A DNA stretch of 62,417 nucleotides from an uncultured Rhodobiaceae bacterium (GTDB taxonomy: Bacteria; Pseudomonadota; Alphaproteobacteria; MED-G09), in the NCBI GenBank assembly GCA_913047775.1, contig CAJWUE010000002.1, forward strand, positions 1 through 62,417, given 5' to 3'. The notes below the pieces were generated by a model. That model searched no databases and was not told the origin of the DNA. It was given only the letters and a program-made list of their open reading frames with translations. The number at the start of each line of letters is the position of its first letter. Positions within the stretch are counted from its first letter, which is position 1. Both the position numbers and the translations under genes were made by a program. Positions 24,042 to 36,073 of the stretch are shown here, piece after piece.

Positions 24042-26195
24042 CTATTTCTTTGATCCTTCTGTATTTTTCTCCTGAGCCTTTTCGCGTTTTATTTCTTCAC
24101 CTGTTTTTTGATCAACTTCTTTCATGGATAATTTTACTTTTCCCCTGTCAAAACCTGTAAACTTGACTTTGACTATATCTCCTTCTTTTACAACATCGGT
24201 AACGGTTTTAACCCTTTCATTAGCTAATTGTGAAATATGAACTAATCCATCTTTTTTACCGAAAAAATTAACGAAGGCCCCAAAATCCATTATTTTAACC
24301 ACCTTACCTTCATAAATCGTTCCAACCTCAGGTTCAGCAACAATTGAATTTATCATTTCTAAAGCTTTTTCTAGCGATTCTGTGTTGCTTGAAGCGACAC
24401 GAATAGTGCCATCATCATTAATGTCGACTTTAGCGCCGCTTTCTTCTACAATCTCTCTAACTACCTTACCCCCAGCTCCTATTACTTCTCTTATTTTATC
24501 TTTATGCACTTGAATTGTTTCAATCCTAGGGGCTGTTGTATTGACTTCATCTCTGGATTTTTCAATTGCTTTAGCCATCTCTTCTAGAATGTGCAATCTA
24601 CCTTTTTTTGCTTGGGTTAATGCAGCTTCCATAATATCTTTTGTTATTCCGGTAATTTTTATGTCCATCTGTAATGAAGTTATTCCCTTATCCGTACCTG
24701 CTACTTTAAAATCCATATCTCCCAAGTGATCCTCGTCACCGAGAATATCTGATAATACCGCAATTTTATCGTCTTCCTTAATTAATCCCATTGCAATGCC
24801 TGCTACAGGACGGTTCAATGGAATTCCTGCATCCATCATTGATAACGAAGAACCACATACAGTTGCCATAGATGACGAGCCGTTGGATTCTGTAATCTCC
24901 GAAACCAGTCTGATTGTGTAGGGAAAATCATCATAACTAGGCATAACCGCTTTTAAGGCTCTCCATGCTAATTTTCCATGTCCTATTTCTCTTCTTCCTG
25001 TAAAACCCGTTCTTCCAACTTCTCCTACAGAATATGGGGGGAAATTGTAATGCAACATAAATCTTTCCTTATAAGTTTCATCCAGACCATCAACATATTT
25101 CTCATCATCGCCAGTTCCTAATGTAGTAACTACGAGGGCTTGTGTCTCTCCTCTTGTAAACAAAGCAGAACCATGTGTTAGAGGTAAAACACTAACATCG
25201 GACTGGATTGGTCTAACCGTTTCAAGGTTTCTACCGTCTATTCTTATACTGGTATCTAGGATATTGCCTCTTACAATATTTTTTTCTATGTTTTTTAAAA
25301 CTTTGTTAATTTCAGACTCTGAAGGATCTTCTTCTTGAGAATTTTCAGGGATTATCTCTGAAAGCAAATCAGTTTTTATTTGTGCTATAGTATTCGAGCG
25401 CTCTTGTTTGTCGGCAATTTTATAGGCTTTAACAAGATCATTATTCACTAACTTATCAACTCTATCCTCTAATTCAGAAAGATCTTCTTTTTCTACTACT
25501 CTAGGTTCTTTTGCGGCTTTTTCAGCAAGACTAATAATTGCATCAATAACGGAAACAAATGACTCCTGTCCGAAAGTTACTGCTCCCAACATTATTTCTT
25601 CAGTTAACTCATTAGCTTCTGATTCCACCATTAGAACCGCGGAACTGGTTCCAGCCACTATAAGGTCGAGGTTACATTCTTTATTCATTTGTTCTTTTGT
25701 GGGGTTAAGAACAAATTCACTATTTATATACCCTACGCGACTTGCTCCAATTGGACCCATAAAAGGAATGCCTGACAAGGTAAGAGCAGCGGAACATGCA
25801 ATTAGAGCTACTATATCTGGATCATTTTCACCATCATAACTTATGACATTTGCAATTACTTGTGTTTCACAATTAAAACCGTCTGCAAATAATGGTCTAA
25901 TTGGTCTATCAATTAAACGAGAAACGAGTGTTTCTTTTTCAGATGGTCTTCCCTCTCTTTTAAAAAAACCCCCAGGAATTTTTCCTGCCGCGTAGGCTTT
26001 TTCTTGGTAATTGACTGTTAAAGGAAAGAAGCCAAGATCTTTCTTTTCTTCAAATTCTGAAACAACAGTCGCTAAAACCGATGTTCCTTCATATGTTGCA
26101 ATTACAGACCCATGCGCCTGTCTTGCAACTCTTCCCGTTTCGATTGTAAGGGTTTTGCCGCCCCAATCTATGATTTCTTTTTCTATTTTAAACAT
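24042..26195 (-). CDS. pnp: Polyribonucleotide nucleotidyltransferase (PNPase)
   Basis: Two RNase PH domains ('[27 protein letters not shown]', '[15 protein letters not shown]'), a KH domain ('[11 protein letters not shown]') and an S1 domain ('[15 protein letters not shown]'). Confidence 0.97.
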   Translation of the reverse strand: MFKIEKEIIDWGGKTLTIETGRVARQAHGSVIATYEGTSVLATVVSEFEEKKDLGFFPLTVNYQEKAYAAGKIPGGFFKREGRPSEKETLVSRLIDRPIRPLFADGFNCETQVIANVISYDGENDPDIVALIACSAALTLSGIPFMGPIGASRVGYINSEFVLNPTKEQMNKECNLDLIVAGTSSAVLMVESEANELTEEIMLGAVTFGQESFVSVIDAIISLAEKAAKEPRVVEKEDLSELEDRVDKLVNNDLVKAYKIADKQERSNTIAQIKTDLLSEIIPENSQEEDPSESEINKVLKNIEKNIVRGNILDTSIRIDGRNLETVRPIQSDVSVLPLTHGSALFTRGETQALVVTTLGTGDDEKYVDGLDETYKERFMLHYNFPPYSVGEVGRTGFTGRREIGHGKLAWRALKAVMPSYDDFPYTIRLVSEITESNGSSSMATVCGSSLSMMDAGIPLNRPVAGIAMGLIKEDDKIAVLSDILGDEDHLGDMDFKVAGTDKGITSLQMDIKITGITKDIMEAALTQAKKGRLHILEEMAKAIEKSRDEVNTTAPRIETIQVHKDKIREVIGAGGKVVREIVEESGAKVDINDDGTIRVASSNTESLEKALEMINSIVAEPEVGTIYEGKVVKIMDFGAFVNFFGKKDGLVHISQLANERVKTVTDVVKEGDIVKVKFTGFDRGKVKLSMKEVDQKTGEEIKREKAQEKNTEGSKK

Positions 26196-26266
26196 TTTTA
26201 TTTCCTATAAAACCTTTAATCCGGCTCTTAACCTTCATGTTATTGTTCATTTATTTTCAAATTTGA

Positions 26267-26539
26267 TTATCTTCTTAAGCCCAATCTTTTTCTTAGATCC
26301 TCATAACGATCTTCATTTTTTAACTTTACATAATCTAAGAGCTTTCGCCTTTGATTTACAAGCTTCAACAATCCTTGTCTGGAATGATTATCTTTCTTGT
26401 GGGTTTTAAAATGATCAGTTAGATTTCTTATACGTTCAGTAAGAATCGCTACTTGTACTTCTGGAGACCCAGTGTCTCCTTTTTTTGTTGCATATTCATT
26501 GATTACTTCTGTCTTTCTATCAGACTTAATCGACATCAA
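26267..26539 (-). CDS. rpsO: 30S ribosomal protein S15
   Basis: '[50 protein letters not shown]'. The start may be the second Met (26536). Confidence 0.95.
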   Translation of the reverse strand: MMSIKSDRKTEVINEYATKKGDTGSPEVQVAILTERIRNLTDHFKTHKKDNHSRQGLLKLVNQRRKLLDYVKLKNEDRYEDLRKRLGLRR

Positions 26540-26554
26540 ATACTCCTTAATTAA

Positions 26555-27490
26555 TCAAAATATCTCATCAGAAAAAACTCTCTTAGGTTTGAGAGTTGAT
26601 TCAACCATAACAGCGAGCCCAATTGGTCTATTTGAGTAAAACAAAAGAACATCGCTTCCTTGGGGTAAGGTGTCAACCAAAGATTTCTTTTTTATTATTT
26701 GACCTTGTCTGAAAATTCTAGCTTCTTGTTCCTCAAGAGATAAAGCCGGGATGTCGTCCAGCACCTTACTCAAAGGCAGAAGATATTTCTCTTCAATCTT
26801 ACCTGCGGGCGCACTATGCACTAAATTTGTCAAGCTTGCTAGTGGAAAAGCGTTTTTGAGTGTAAAAGGTCCTACCTTTAACCTTTCTAATGAGGCTAAA
26901 AACCCCAAAGTCCCTAATTTTATGGAAATATCCCTCGCTAAAGATCTTACATAAAATCCTTTTCCGCATGAAATTTTGAATTCAGCGTGATCTTTATCAA
27001 TAATTCTCACCAATTTTAACGAATAGATAGTTACCAATCTTTTAGGAAGGGTAAAATTTTCTTTCCTTCTTGCTAGAGTATACGCCCTTCTTCCCGAAAC
27101 CTTTATTGCAGAAAATCTTGGCGGTCTTTGCTTTACTTCACCCATAAATTTCGTAATTATCGAATTAATTTCCCTAACATTAGGTCTAATTTCGGAACTA
27201 TCTAAAATTTTACCCTCCAAATCATGAGTTTCTGTCAACGTTCCCCATTTTATTATAAATTTATATTCCTTCTTACATGAATCTAAGAAAGGAATTGTTT
27301 TTGTGGCACTACCAAAGGCTATCGGTAGCACCCCCGACGCCAGTGGGTCAAGCGTTCCTGAAAAACCAACCTTTTTCAGGTTGAATGTTTTTTTTATTAT
27401 ATTTAAAGCATTATTTGAGCTAATTCCTGATGGCTTATTTAATGAAACCCAACCCCCGGAATATATGTTTTCCTCAGAGATATTGCGCAT
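26555..27490 (-). CDS. truB: tRNA pseudouridine(55) synthase
   Basis: 'KVGFSGTLDPLASGVLPIAFGSATK', 'QRPPRFSAIKVSGRRAY'. Confidence 0.93.
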   Translation of the reverse strand: MRNISEENIYSGGWVSLNKPSGISSNNALNIIKKTFNLKKVGFSGTLDPLASGVLPIAFGSATKTIPFLDSCKKEYKFIIKWGTLTETHDLEGKILDSSEIRPNVREINSIITKFMGEVKQRPPRFSAIKVSGRRAYTLARRKENFTLPKRLVTIYSLKLVRIIDKDHAEFKISCGKGFYVRSLARDISIKLGTLGFLASLERLKVGPFTLKNAFPLASLTNLVHSAPAGKIEEKYLLPLSKVLDDIPALSLEEQEARIFRQGQIIKKKSLVDTLPQGSDVLLFYSNRPIGLAVMVESTLKPKRVFSDEIF

Positions 27491-27886
27491 CTATTTATTA
27501 ATATCTTTAAAAACTTTTTCAGAGGCGAAGATTTTTTCAATCTTTTCTATATCCTTAATGGAATCATCATAATGAAACGAAATTTCTGGAACAAATTTTA
27601 ACTTTATCCTCTCAGCAATTTTTTTTCTTATTCTTTTTTTTGCCGAATTAAATCCCTCAATAAAGTCCCTAATATTAGTATTGTTCATTGGGATAAATAG
27701 AAACTTTGCATTCTTCAAATCGGGTGAAACATCTACAAAAGTTATTGTAATGGGGTTGTCATCCAATACTCTATCTTGGGTCTCACCTCTTTGAAGTATT
27801 TCATTGATAGCAGAACGTAATAACTCTTGAACCCTCATCTGCCTTTGAGAAATAATTCCTTTATTTAGAAGATTTTTATTGCTCAT
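27491..27886 (-). CDS. rbfA: Ribosome-binding factor A
   Basis: 'RQMRVQELLRSAINEIL', 'ITFVDVSPDLKNAKF', 'VPEISFHYDDS'. Operon position between infB and truB. Confidence 0.9.
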   Translation of the reverse strand: MSNKNLLNKGIISQRQMRVQELLRSAINEILQRGETQDRVLDDNPITITFVDVSPDLKNAKFLFIPMNNTNIRDFIEGFNSAKKRIRKKIAERIKLKFVPEISFHYDDSIKDIEKIEKIFASEKVFKDINK

Positions 27887-27902
27887 ATTTTTTTTGAAAT
27901 TT

Positions 27903-30359
27903 CTAAATTGTTTTTCGAATTTCGATTACCTCAAAACATTCAATCTTATCTCCTGATTTTATATCTTGATTATTGTCGAAGGCAATTCCACATTCCTGTC
28001 CAGACACAACTTCTTTGGCATCATCCTTAAATCTTTTAAGCTCTTCAATTAATCCTTCATAAATTACTATCCCATCTCTAATTAAGCGACCATGGCTATC
28101 TTTTTTAACTGTACCATCTAATACTTTGCACCCAGCAATATTTCCTACTTTTGAAACTTTGAATACTTCTAAGACTTCAGCATTGGCAATAATATTTTCT
28201 TTTAAGTCTGGATCTAGTTTTCCTTCGAGTAATTTTTTTATTTCGTCCAATAAATTATAAATAATAGAGTGATAAACTATTAGAATATTGGATTTTTCTG
28301 CCAACCCTTTCGCCTTAACATTAGCTCTAACATTAAAACCTAAAATCATAGCTTCGGATGCTTCAGCAAGTGTCACATCGCTTTGCGATATTTCTCCAAC
28401 TCCAGAATGTATTACACGACAAGATACTTCTTCGTTTCCTAACTTTAATAATCCTTCTCGTATGGCCTCTGAAGAACCGTGTACATCCGTTTTCACAATA
28501 ACTGGTATCTCTTTTTTTATATCACCTTTTATTTTGGAAAGCATCTGTTCAAGGTTTGCCTGGGGTATTTGTGGTGTAGATTTTTTATTTTGCCTGAGTC
28601 TATAGTCAGAAATCTCTCGAGCTCTAGCTTCACTTTCAACCACTTGTAAGGTGTCACCAGCTTTAGGGGTATCATTTAATCCTAATACCTCAATAGGTTC
28701 ACCGGGTTGACAATCCTTAACTTCACTTCCCTTGTCATTAATTAGCGAACGAACTTTTCCCCAATTCTCTCCTACTACAAGTATGTCTCCTTTTTTTAAC
28801 TTACCTTTCTGAATAAGAACCGTAACCAAAGGTCCTCTTCCTTTATCAAGCTTTGACTCAATAACAAAACCTTCTGCAGGTATTTCAGCATTAGCTTTAA
28901 GGTCTAGTATTTCAGCTTGTAATATGATTGAGTCGATCAAATCAGGAATACCTGCTTTGGTTTCCGCAGATAATTCAACACACTGTATTTCTCCACCTAA
29001 TTCCTCGACTAATATTTCATGTTCTATTAAATCATTTTTAGTTTTTGTTGGATTTGATTCTTTTTTATCAACTTTATTTATTGCTACTATTATAGGAACA
29101 TTGGCTTCTTTTGCATGATTAATAGCCTCTACAGTTTGAGGCATTACGCTATCATCAGCTGCAACTACTAAGATAACAATATCTGTAACTTTTGCACCTC
29201 TTGCTCGCATAGCTGTAAAAGCAGCGTGGCCAGGGGTATCAATAAATGTGATCTTGTTCCCTCCTTTTACTTCTACCTGGTATGCTCCAATGTGTTGTGT
29301 GATTCCTCCGGCTTCTCCTGATACGTTATTTGTTTCCCTTATAGCATCCAAAAGAGAAGTTTTTCCGTGATCTACGTGACCCATAACAGTAACTACAGGA
29401 GGTCTAATTGTTTTATTTTCGTCATTATCGTCTTCTGAAGATAATCCCACCTCTACATCAGACTCTGAAACTCTTGTTACATTATGACCAAATTCTTCTG
29501 CAATTAATTGGGCAGTATCTGAGTCTAAAGTATCATTGATCTTAACCATTACTCCTTGTTGCATAAGGGATTTGATTACATCAACACCTCTTTCAGCCAT
29601 TCTATTGGACAGTTCTTGAACCGATATGACTTCAGGAATGGTAACATTCCTAACTACCTTCTCTTTTGGGATATCAGATTGAACTAGTTTTTTCTTAGCC
29701 TTTTCCTGCCTTCTTCTTATCGATGCAAGAGATCTTTGTCGTTCTTCCTCATTTAAAGCTTGTGACATGGTAAGCTTTCCTGATCTTCTTTTTTGTCCGT
29801 CTTTCCTAAACTTAGTGGTGGTTGTTGTATCTTCCTTTTTGGAGTCTTTCTTTTTTGTAGTCGAAGGGGTGTCACTTTCTGTCTTCTTGCTAGAGAAAGT
29901 TTTCTTCTTTTGACCTCTATCAAATTCACTTTTCTTCTCAATATCAACTTCAGCTTCAGACATTTGTTTCTTTTCTTTTCCAGTCTTCTTTTTTTCAGCA
30001 GCGTCCATGGATTTACTTTTAATTAAATCTTCTTCTTCCTTACGATTTGCTGCATCAGCTAAAGCTTTTTCTCTTGCTAACCTTTCTTTGTCTGTAAGAT
30101 TATTGGCATCTTTTTTAAAGGTATCATTTGAAAATACCTCATCTTGAATAGATTTAGATTTTGTCAAACTTGTTCTTGTTTTAATATTGGGAGTTTTTGG
30201 TTTCCTGGTTTTCGAAATTTTTCCTCTTTTAGATTCAACAACAACTCTAGAAACTCTTGAGCTACTTCTTCCTCTTGCTCCCTGGCCGGGGCCAGAAATT
30301 ACTCCCGATTTTAATGTGAGAGTCCTTTCCTTTTTATCTTTTTTTTCCTTTTCAGTCAT
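27903..30359 (-). CDS. infB: Translation initiation factor IF-2
   Basis: G domain '[20 protein letters not shown]', '[17 protein letters not shown]', 'AINKVDK'. The low-complexity K/E/T-rich N-terminus is typical of IF-2. Confidence 0.97.
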   Translation of the reverse strand: MTEKEKKDKKERTLTLKSGVISGPGQGARGRSSSRVSRVVVESKRGKISKTRKPKTPNIKTRTSLTKSKSIQDEVFSNDTFKKDANNLTDKERLAREKALADAANRKEEEDLIKSKSMDAAEKKKTGKEKKQMSEAEVDIEKKSEFDRGQKKKTFSSKKTESDTPSTTKKKDSKKEDTTTTTKFRKDGQKRRSGKLTMSQALNEEERQRSLASIRRRQEKAKKKLVQSDIPKEKVVRNVTIPEVISVQELSNRMAERGVDVIKSLMQQGVMVKINDTLDSDTAQLIAEEFGHNVTRVSESDVEVGLSSEDDNDENKTIRPPVVTVMGHVDHGKTSLLDAIRETNNVSGEAGGITQHIGAYQVEVKGGNKITFIDTPGHAAFTAMRARGAKVTDIVILVVAADDSVMPQTVEAINHAKEANVPIIVAINKVDKKESNPTKTKNDLIEHEILVEELGGEIQCVELSAETKAGIPDLIDSIILQAEILDLKANAEIPAEGFVIESKLDKGRGPLVTVLIQKGKLKKGDILVVGENWGKVRSLINDKGSEVKDCQPGEPIEVLGLNDTPKAGDTLQVVESEARAREISDYRLRQNKKSTPQIPQANLEQMLSKIKGDIKKEIPVIVKTDVHGSSEAIREGLLKLGNEEVSCRVIHSGVGEISQSDVTLAEASEAMILGFNVRANVKAKGLAEKSNILIVYHSIIYNLLDEIKKLLEGKLDPDLKENIIANAEVLEVFKVSKVGNIAGCKVLDGTVKKDSHGRLIRDGIVIYEGLIEELKRFKDDAKEVVSGQECGIAFDNNQDIKSGDKIECFEVIEIRKTI

Positions 30360-30399
30360 TCTTCAAATCTCTTACTTAAAAAATTTAACACCTAATTAA

Positions 30400-32040
30400 T
30401 TAATTAATTTCTTCATTATCACTAATTTTGTTTTCATCAACATCTTCTTCTAGGTCTTCGTCTTGAGTTGGAAAAACTTCATCTTCACTTACAATTCCTA
30501 ATTTAATCCTTGCTTGCATTATCAATGTGTTTATCTCTTCATGCTGAAGGTCGAAAGACTCCAATATTCCTGTTTGATGAACTTTCTTGCCTTCAATATT
30601 TTCATACCAACCAATTAGATCATCCGTGGCACAATAAGCAAAATCTTCTAGAGTTTTGATATCATTTTCTCCTAATTTAACAATCATTTTTAGATTAAGA
30701 CCTTCTAGTTCAAGCAAATCATCGGTTACACCCAAATCTTTTCTCTTTTCTTCTAAAATTATATTTTCTTTTTCCAAGAAATCGTTGGCTCTTGCTTGAA
30801 TTTCTTGAGCTGTCTCTTCATCAAAACCTGCAATGTTAATTATTTCTTCTATTTCAACAAAAGCAAGTTCTTCAATATCTGTAAAACCCTCAGTTACAAG
30901 TAATTGTGAAAGCAATTCATCAACATCCAATGATTCCATAAATAATGTCGTTCTTTCTTGAAATTCTTTTTGCCTCCTTTCAGATTCTTGATCTTCGGTT
31001 AGGATATCGATATCCCATCCTGAAAGTTCCGACGCTAATCTAACGTTTTGACCTCTTCTACCTATGGCAAGTGATAACTGGTCCTCAGGAACAACCACTT
31101 CTAATCTTTGATCCTCATCATAAAGCACTACCTTCATGACCTCTGAAGGTTGTAGAGCCTTAACCACAAAGTCTGCAATATCATTTGTCCAAGACAAAAT
31201 ATCTATTTTTTCACCTTGTAGTTCATTAACAACTGCTTGTACCCTACTACCTCGCATTCCCACACAAGCCCCTACAGGGTCGATGCTACTGTCTGTTGAT
31301 TGAACTGCAATTTTTGCTCTACTACCTGGATCTCTAGCAACCCCAACAATTTCAATAATACCATCATAAATTTCGGGAACCTCTTGAGCGAAAAGATTTG
31401 CCATAAAATCTGAGTGAGTACGAGAAAGAAATATCTGAGGTCCTCTCATTTCTCTCCTTACATCGAAAATGTAAGCTCTCACTCTATCGCCAGGCCTATA
31501 TATTTCTCTTGGAAGTAAATCATCTTTTCTAATTATTGCTTCTGCTCTTCCTAAATCCACAACTATCGAACCATATTCTACTCTCTTAACCACGCCACTT
31601 ATAATTTCACCAACTCTATCTTTGAATTCTTCATAATGCCTTTCCCTCTCAGCATCTCTAACTTTTTGTACTATAACTTGTTTAGCGCTTTGAGCGGCTA
31701 CTCTTCCAAAATCTATAGGTGGTAGCTCTTCTGTAATTTCTGGACCCCCTATCTCTGCATCTGGATGCTTAGTTTTTGCGTCTTCTAAACTTATTTCCCT
31801 AAAATTATCTGTTACTTCTTCAACCACCTCAAGTAATCTCATAAGTTTGATCGAACCAGTTTCTTCATCTATTTCGACCTTAATTCTATTTTCAGAGCCA
31901 TATTTAGAAGCTGCAGCTCTTTGTATTGCTTCCTCCATTGCCGAAATTACTATTTTCTTATCTATAGATTTTTCTTTTGCTACTGCATCCGCTATTTGGA
32001 GTAGTTCTAGTCTATTTGCGCTTATCCCAGTTGGTGACAT
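30400..32040 (-). CDS. nusA: Transcription termination/antitermination factor NusA
   Basis: 'ELLQIADAVAKEKSIDK', S1 domain ('GVVKRVEYGSIVVDLG'), KH domains ('DPVGACVGMRGSRVQAV', 'LAIGRRGQNVRLAS'), acidic C-terminal repeats. Confidence 0.96.
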   Translation of the reverse strand: MSPTGISANRLELLQIADAVAKEKSIDKKIVISAMEEAIQRAAASKYGSENRIKVEIDEETGSIKLMRLLEVVEEVTDNFREISLEDAKTKHPDAEIGGPEITEELPPIDFGRVAAQSAKQVIVQKVRDAERERHYEEFKDRVGEIISGVVKRVEYGSIVVDLGRAEAIIRKDDLLPREIYRPGDRVRAYIFDVRREMRGPQIFLSRTHSDFMANLFAQEVPEIYDGIIEIVGVARDPGSRAKIAVQSTDSSIDPVGACVGMRGSRVQAVVNELQGEKIDILSWTNDIADFVVKALQPSEVMKVVLYDEDQRLEVVVPEDQLSLAIGRRGQNVRLASELSGWDIDILTEDQESERRQKEFQERTTLFMESLDVDELLSQLLVTEGFTDIEELAFVEIEEIINIAGFDEETAQEIQARANDFLEKENIILEEKRKDLGVTDDLLELEGLNLKMIVKLGENDIKTLEDFAYCATDDLIGWYENIEGKKVHQTGILESFDLQHEEINTLIMQARIKLGIVSEDEVFPTQDEDLEEDVDENKISDNEEIN

Positions 32041-32059
32041 TTTAATTCCTTATTAGTAA

Positions 32060-32593
32060 TTAACTTTGAATCCTTTTAACTGTGGGTATTTCTTTATTAA
32101 TCCACCTTATCCTAACTTCCTTAATTTGATTGGGCTTAAGATAGAAAGTATCAAAAACTTTAGTATCTTTATTTAAAACCTCAATCTTTACACCCTTTTC
32201 TGAATATCCTTTTAACATAGCATCAAACTTTACTGGTAAAACATTCTGACTAACTGCATGAACGCTTATACGATTTTCAGACCATGTCTCAAAATCTTGC
32301 TCCCTTGTTAAAGGCCTCTCAATGCCAGGAGAAGAAATTTCTAACGCATAATTTTCAAATTCCGATTCATTATTATCAAAGTAAAATTTCAATATTTTAC
32401 TCAGTTTTTCACAATCTTTAATAGACATAGTAAAATCTTGTTTCTCAGCCAAGATTTGAATATTTTTTTTCTTCCCTCCTCTAATCTTGATTCGCACAAG
32501 ATCATATTGAATATCCTCAAAAATACCTTGGAGCTTTGTAAAGGTATTATTTGCAATGTCGGGTGCTATCAAATGATTGAAGCTTTCAGACAT
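32060..32593 (-). CDS. rimP: Ribosome maturation factor RimP
   Basis: 'LEISSPGIERPL' motif and its position immediately upstream of nusA. Confidence 0.88.
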   Translation of the reverse strand: MSESFNHLIAPDIANNTFTKLQGIFEDIQYDLVRIKIRGGKKKNIQILAEKQDFTMSIKDCEKLSKILKFYFDNNESEFENYALEISSPGIERPLTREQDFETWSENRISVHAVSQNVLPVKFDAMLKGYSEKGVKIEVLNKDTKVFDTFYLKPNQIKEVRIRWINKEIPTVKRIQS

Positions 32594-32608
32594 ATCATTT
32601 TCTTCCTT

Positions 32609-32650
32609 AAAAAATAAAAAAAGCGGGAGACCCTTCGGCGCCCACTTCGC
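32609..32650 (-). terminator. GC-rich imperfect hairpin plus U-tract. Either the trmB terminator or a leader attenuator of the rimP-nusA-infB operon.
   Basis: Minus-strand RNA is GCGAAGUGGGCGCCGAAGGGUCUCCCGC followed by U7-A-U6. It is the only GC-rich patch in a 140-nt AT-rich spacer and ends about 15 nt before the rimP RBS (AAGGAA) and start codon. Confidence 0.45.
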
Positions 32651-32733
32651 ATTAAATTAAATCCGAAATTTAGGCAACTATCGCAAATTAATTATTAAAA
32701 GGCAAGTACAGAAAAAAAGTGTAGTATTGATAA

Positions 32734-33417
32734 TTATTGAAAAACTTTCTCAAATATAAAGTAGTAAGTTCTAACTCCCAATATTACACTTTTTTTCTGA
32801 TATTTTGAACCAGAATATTTGGAATCAATTGTTTTACAGTCATTGGACTCTTCCGTAAGACATTTAAAAGATTCATTTGCAAGAATATGCTTTAACCCCC
32901 ATACGGCATAGCTGGAATTATCCGTAAAGAAAAGGAATCTTCCTCTAAATTTTAATATTCTTGAAAGCTCTATAATAGTACTCTTTTGTATGAATCTTCT
33001 TTTCCAGTGCTTCTTTTTTGGCCAAGGATCAGGATACATAAGCCATATTTCATCAAAAAAATTTGAATCAATATTTTTTATAAATAGCGTTGCATTACCA
33101 TAATACAATCTTACATTTTCTAAGTTTTCTGACTCTATATTTTTTAATAGTTGAGCAATGCCTTTTTTATAATACTCCACCCCTATGTATAAGTTGTCAG
33201 AAAATTGCTTAGCGTTTTTTAGGATTATTTCTCCTGAACCAAATCCAATTTCTAGTATATTTTTATAATCTGGAGTTTTCTTCCACGAAATTTTCTTGAA
33301 GCTATCAAATTTCATTTCTTCAGAATGTCTGTTGAACAGTTCGTTCTGCTTTTTTGTCAGTCTTCGTTCTCTTGCTGAAAAAGAATTTATTCTTTCAAAA
33401 TTCCTAAAGTAACTCAT
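32734..33417 (-). CDS. trmB: tRNA (guanine-N7)-methyltransferase
   Basis: 'LEIGFGSGE', 'IGVEYYKKG', '[15 protein letters not shown]'. Start taken at M24 of the ORF (MSYFRNF...), overlapping the metK stop region by 14 nt. Confidence 0.88.
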   Translation of the reverse strand: MSYFRNFERINSFSARERRLTKKQNELFNRHSEEMKFDSFKKISWKKTPDYKNILEIGFGSGEIILKNAKQFSDNLYIGVEYYKKGIAQLLKNIESENLENVRLYYGNATLFIKNIDSNFFDEIWLMYPDPWPKKKHWKRRFIQKSTIIELSRILKFRGRFLFFTDNSSYAVWGLKHILANESFKCLTEESNDCKTIDSKYSGSKYQKKSVILGVRTYYFIFEKVFQ

Positions 33418-34576
33418 TTTTAAGTGTCTTAGCCAAATCAATTTTTTCCCAACTAAAAGTTCCATCATCGCCTGGATCTCTTCCAAAATGACCGTAAGCA
33501 GACGTTTTTGAATAAATGGGTTTATTCAGATTCAAATAATTCATTATACCTCTTGGGGTAAGGTCAATATTTTCTCTGATAAAATCAGAAATTACACTTT
33601 CTTCCACAATAGATGTGTTGTCAGTTTTCACATATAAAGAAAGCGGTTCTGATATTCCTATTGCGTAAGAAAGCTGAATTGTACACTCTCCTGAAATCCC
33701 AGCCGCTACAATATTCTTTGCCAAATACCTTGCAATATATGCGGCCGACCTGTCTACTTTTGTTGGGTCTTTACCAGAAAAAGCGCCTCCTCCGTGAGGT
33801 GCTGCACCACCATATGTATCAACTATAATCTTGCGCCCTGTTAAACCCGTATCTCCAGCTGGTCCACCTATAACAAAATTTCCAGTGGGATTTATTAGTA
33901 ACTTAGTTTTGTCAGTAAACCAGCCATATGGTAATACATCTCCTATTATCCCTTGAAGGATATCTTTAAGATAATTTCTTGTAACTCCCTCTATATGTTG
34001 TGTCGAAATCACAATTGAATCAACAAACTTCGGGATACCAGCCTCGTAATAGAGTGTTATTTGGGATTTCGAGTCCGGTAAGATCCCTTTTACCTGTCCA
34101 CTATGTCTCTTTTTAGCGAGCACTTCGAGGATCTTGTGAGAATACAAAATTGGTGCTGGCATTAATTCTGGGGTTTCGTTACAAGCATATCCAAACATTA
34201 TCCCTTGGTCGCCAGCTCCCTCAGACTTATTATCATCCTTACTATCAACACCCATAGCAATATCTGGGGACTGGTCGTGTATATAAATCCTAATTTCAAC
34301 ATCTTCCCAGTTAAAATCTTCTAAATTGTAACCAATACCTTTGACCGTCTTCCTAGCAATTGCTTCAATTTCATTAGTTTTTATTTTTCCTAATGATTTA
34401 ACTTCACCAGCTATTATTATTAAGTTTGTTGTTGCCATAGTTTCAATAGCAACCCTAGAGTTCGGGTCTCTAGTTAAGTATTCATCTAAAATACTATCAG
34501 ATATCTTATCACAAACTTTATCGGGGTGCCCTTCGGAAACTGATTCTGATGTAAAATAATAATTTCCTTTATTCAT
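33404..34576 (-). CDS. metK: S-adenosylmethionine synthase
   Basis: '[16 protein letters not shown]', '[12 protein letters not shown]', '[28 protein letters not shown]'. Confidence 0.97.
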   Translation of the reverse strand: MNKGNYYFTSESVSEGHPDKVCDKISDSILDEYLTRDPNSRVAIETMATTNLIIIAGEVKSLGKIKTNEIEAIARKTVKGIGYNLEDFNWEDVEIRIYIHDQSPDIAMGVDSKDDNKSEGAGDQGIMFGYACNETPELMPAPILYSHKILEVLAKKRHSGQVKGILPDSKSQITLYYEAGIPKFVDSIVISTQHIEGVTRNYLKDILQGIIGDVLPYGWFTDKTKLLINPTGNFVIGGPAGDTGLTGRKIIVDTYGGAAPHGGGAFSGKDPTKVDRSAAYIARYLAKNIVAAGISGECTIQLSYAIGISEPLSLYVKTDNTSIVEESVISDFIRENIDLTPRGIMNYLNLNKPIYSKTSAYGHFGRDPGDDGTFSWEKIDLAKTLKNELL

Positions 34577-36069
34577 GCTTTGGGTGACTCTCTTCTAAAA
34601 TTTACAAAAAGAAAAATAAAATACAATATTATTACAGCAAATAATGAAAAATCTCCAATTTTTGAATATAAAGTTGGAGTAATCTTCATAGGTAAACTTG
34701 ATTTTAAGTATCCTTTATCTTTAATATTAAGCTTATCTATTATCCTACCAAAGGGATCAATTATAGCAGATATTCCGGTATTTGCTGAACGTAAGACAGG
34801 TAATCCTTGTTCAACAGCTCTAAACCTTGAAGAAGTAAAATGCTGATAAGGTCCAGGACCATCATCAAACCACGCATCATTAGTTAGATTAATTATAAGA
34901 TCTATTTTTTCATTCTTCTTTCTTATTTGGTTTGGAAAAATTATTTCATAACATATCAGAATTCTTGCAACTCCCAACGGGGTTAGCATTGGTTCTCGAT
35001 TATCACCTTTCTCAAAACCTAAATCATCAACTAAAACTTTTAAGATTTTTAATCTCTTCAAAAATTTACTAAGAGGTAAATATTCTCCAAAAGGGACTAG
35101 GTGATTTTTGTCATAGAATGAGGAAACATTAGAATCTTCATTAATTAATAAAGCTGAATTTCTTGGATTTCCGTTCTGTGTGAGACGAACATTTCCAGTT
35201 AATATTGATGTTCCCAATGGTAAAGCTGAAATAATCGAATCTATTAGAATCTTATTTTCATCTAGAAGAATAGGTAGGGCGCTCTCTGGCCATATAATTA
35301 AATCAACCTGTCCGTTATTAGATAAATCAATATAACTTTGGAGAATACTAGGGAAGTTTTCACCATATCCTTTTTCTTCTTGTGGAATATTGGGTTGAAT
35401 TATAAGAAACGTCTTTTCGTTTAACTCCGCTTTATTCATAAGTCTTAAATGCCCGAAAAAAAACATGGATGGCAAAATAAGAAGAATTACCAAACCAGAT
35501 AATCGACTCGCACGACTAAATAAAAGCAGGAATGAAAATGAGGCTAATATTAATAAAAAACTTGTAACGTGTGGTCCAAATAAGGAATTTGTTTGCATTA
35601 ATTCCTCGTTAAAACCCAAAGCATAAGAAAACAAATTCCATGGAAAACCCGTTAATAAATAGCTCCTAAGATATTCTCCTAAAGCAAGAGCTAGAGCTAG
35701 AGATAAACAGTTTGTAATTCTTTTTCCCCAAAATATTGCTGGCAAAATAAATCCGGAGATAGAAAGAATAGTTATTAATAAAGGAAGTCCGAGAAATGTT
35801 AAATTTTGAAAATTATCAAAACCTATTCGATATTCAAATGCTGAAGAAATCCAACTAAAACCAAAAAGAAAATAAGAATATAGAAATAAACCCCCATAAT
35901 AAGACAATTTAAGAAACCTCTTCGCAAAGTTATCTTGAGAGATTTCTTTTTCCAATAAAATTAATAAAATAGGAAAAATAAAGAAAAGAGATAAAAAGAT
36001 GTTCCACGGTGGTTGTGAATAAGATAAAAAGGCCCCCAAAAATATGGCAACTATAGTTTTAACAAACAT
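34573..36069 (-). CDS. lnt: Apolipoprotein N-acyltransferase
   Basis: Polytopic N-terminus plus a CN-hydrolase domain: '[11 protein letters not shown]', '[14 protein letters not shown]', '[10 protein letters not shown]', 'NLTNDAWF'. Confidence 0.9.
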   Translation of the reverse strand: MFVKTIVAIFLGAFLSYSQPPWNIFLSLFFIFPILLILLEKEISQDNFAKRFLKLSYYGGLFLYSYFLFGFSWISSAFEYRIGFDNFQNLTFLGLPLLITILSISGFILPAIFWGKRITNCLSLALALALGEYLRSYLLTGFPWNLFSYALGFNEELMQTNSLFGPHVTSFLLILASFSFLLLFSRASRLSGLVILLILPSMFFFGHLRLMNKAELNEKTFLIIQPNIPQEEKGYGENFPSILQSYIDLSNNGQVDLIIWPESALPILLDENKILIDSIISALPLGTSILTGNVRLTQNGNPRNSALLINEDSNVSSFYDKNHLVPFGEYLPLSKFLKRLKILKVLVDDLGFEKGDNREPMLTPLGVARILICYEIIFPNQIRKKNEKIDLIINLTNDAWFDDGPGPYQHFTSSRFRAVEQGLPVLRSANTGISAIIDPFGRIIDKLNIKDKGYLKSSLPMKITPTLYSKIGDFSLFAVIILYFIFLFVNFRRESPKA

Positions 36070-36073
36070 TCAT

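Noticed and set aside
26196-26266. An rpsO-pnp leader hairpin, by analogy with the RNase III autoregulatory site in E. coli.
   Set aside because: I could not find a convincing stem-loop in the 71-nt AT-rich spacer by eye. A folding program would be needed.
29700-30359. A lysine-, glutamate- and threonine-rich low-complexity coding stretch at the 5' end of infB, with small ORFs in other frames on both strands.
   Set aside because: This is the normal, poorly conserved N-terminal region of IF-2. The overlapping ORFs have repetitive translations and no independent signals.
32651-32733. A tRNA gene upstream of rimP, by analogy with E. coli metY.
   Set aside because: The sequence is uniformly AT-rich, with no acceptor or T-arm-like GC stems, so no tRNA can be folded.
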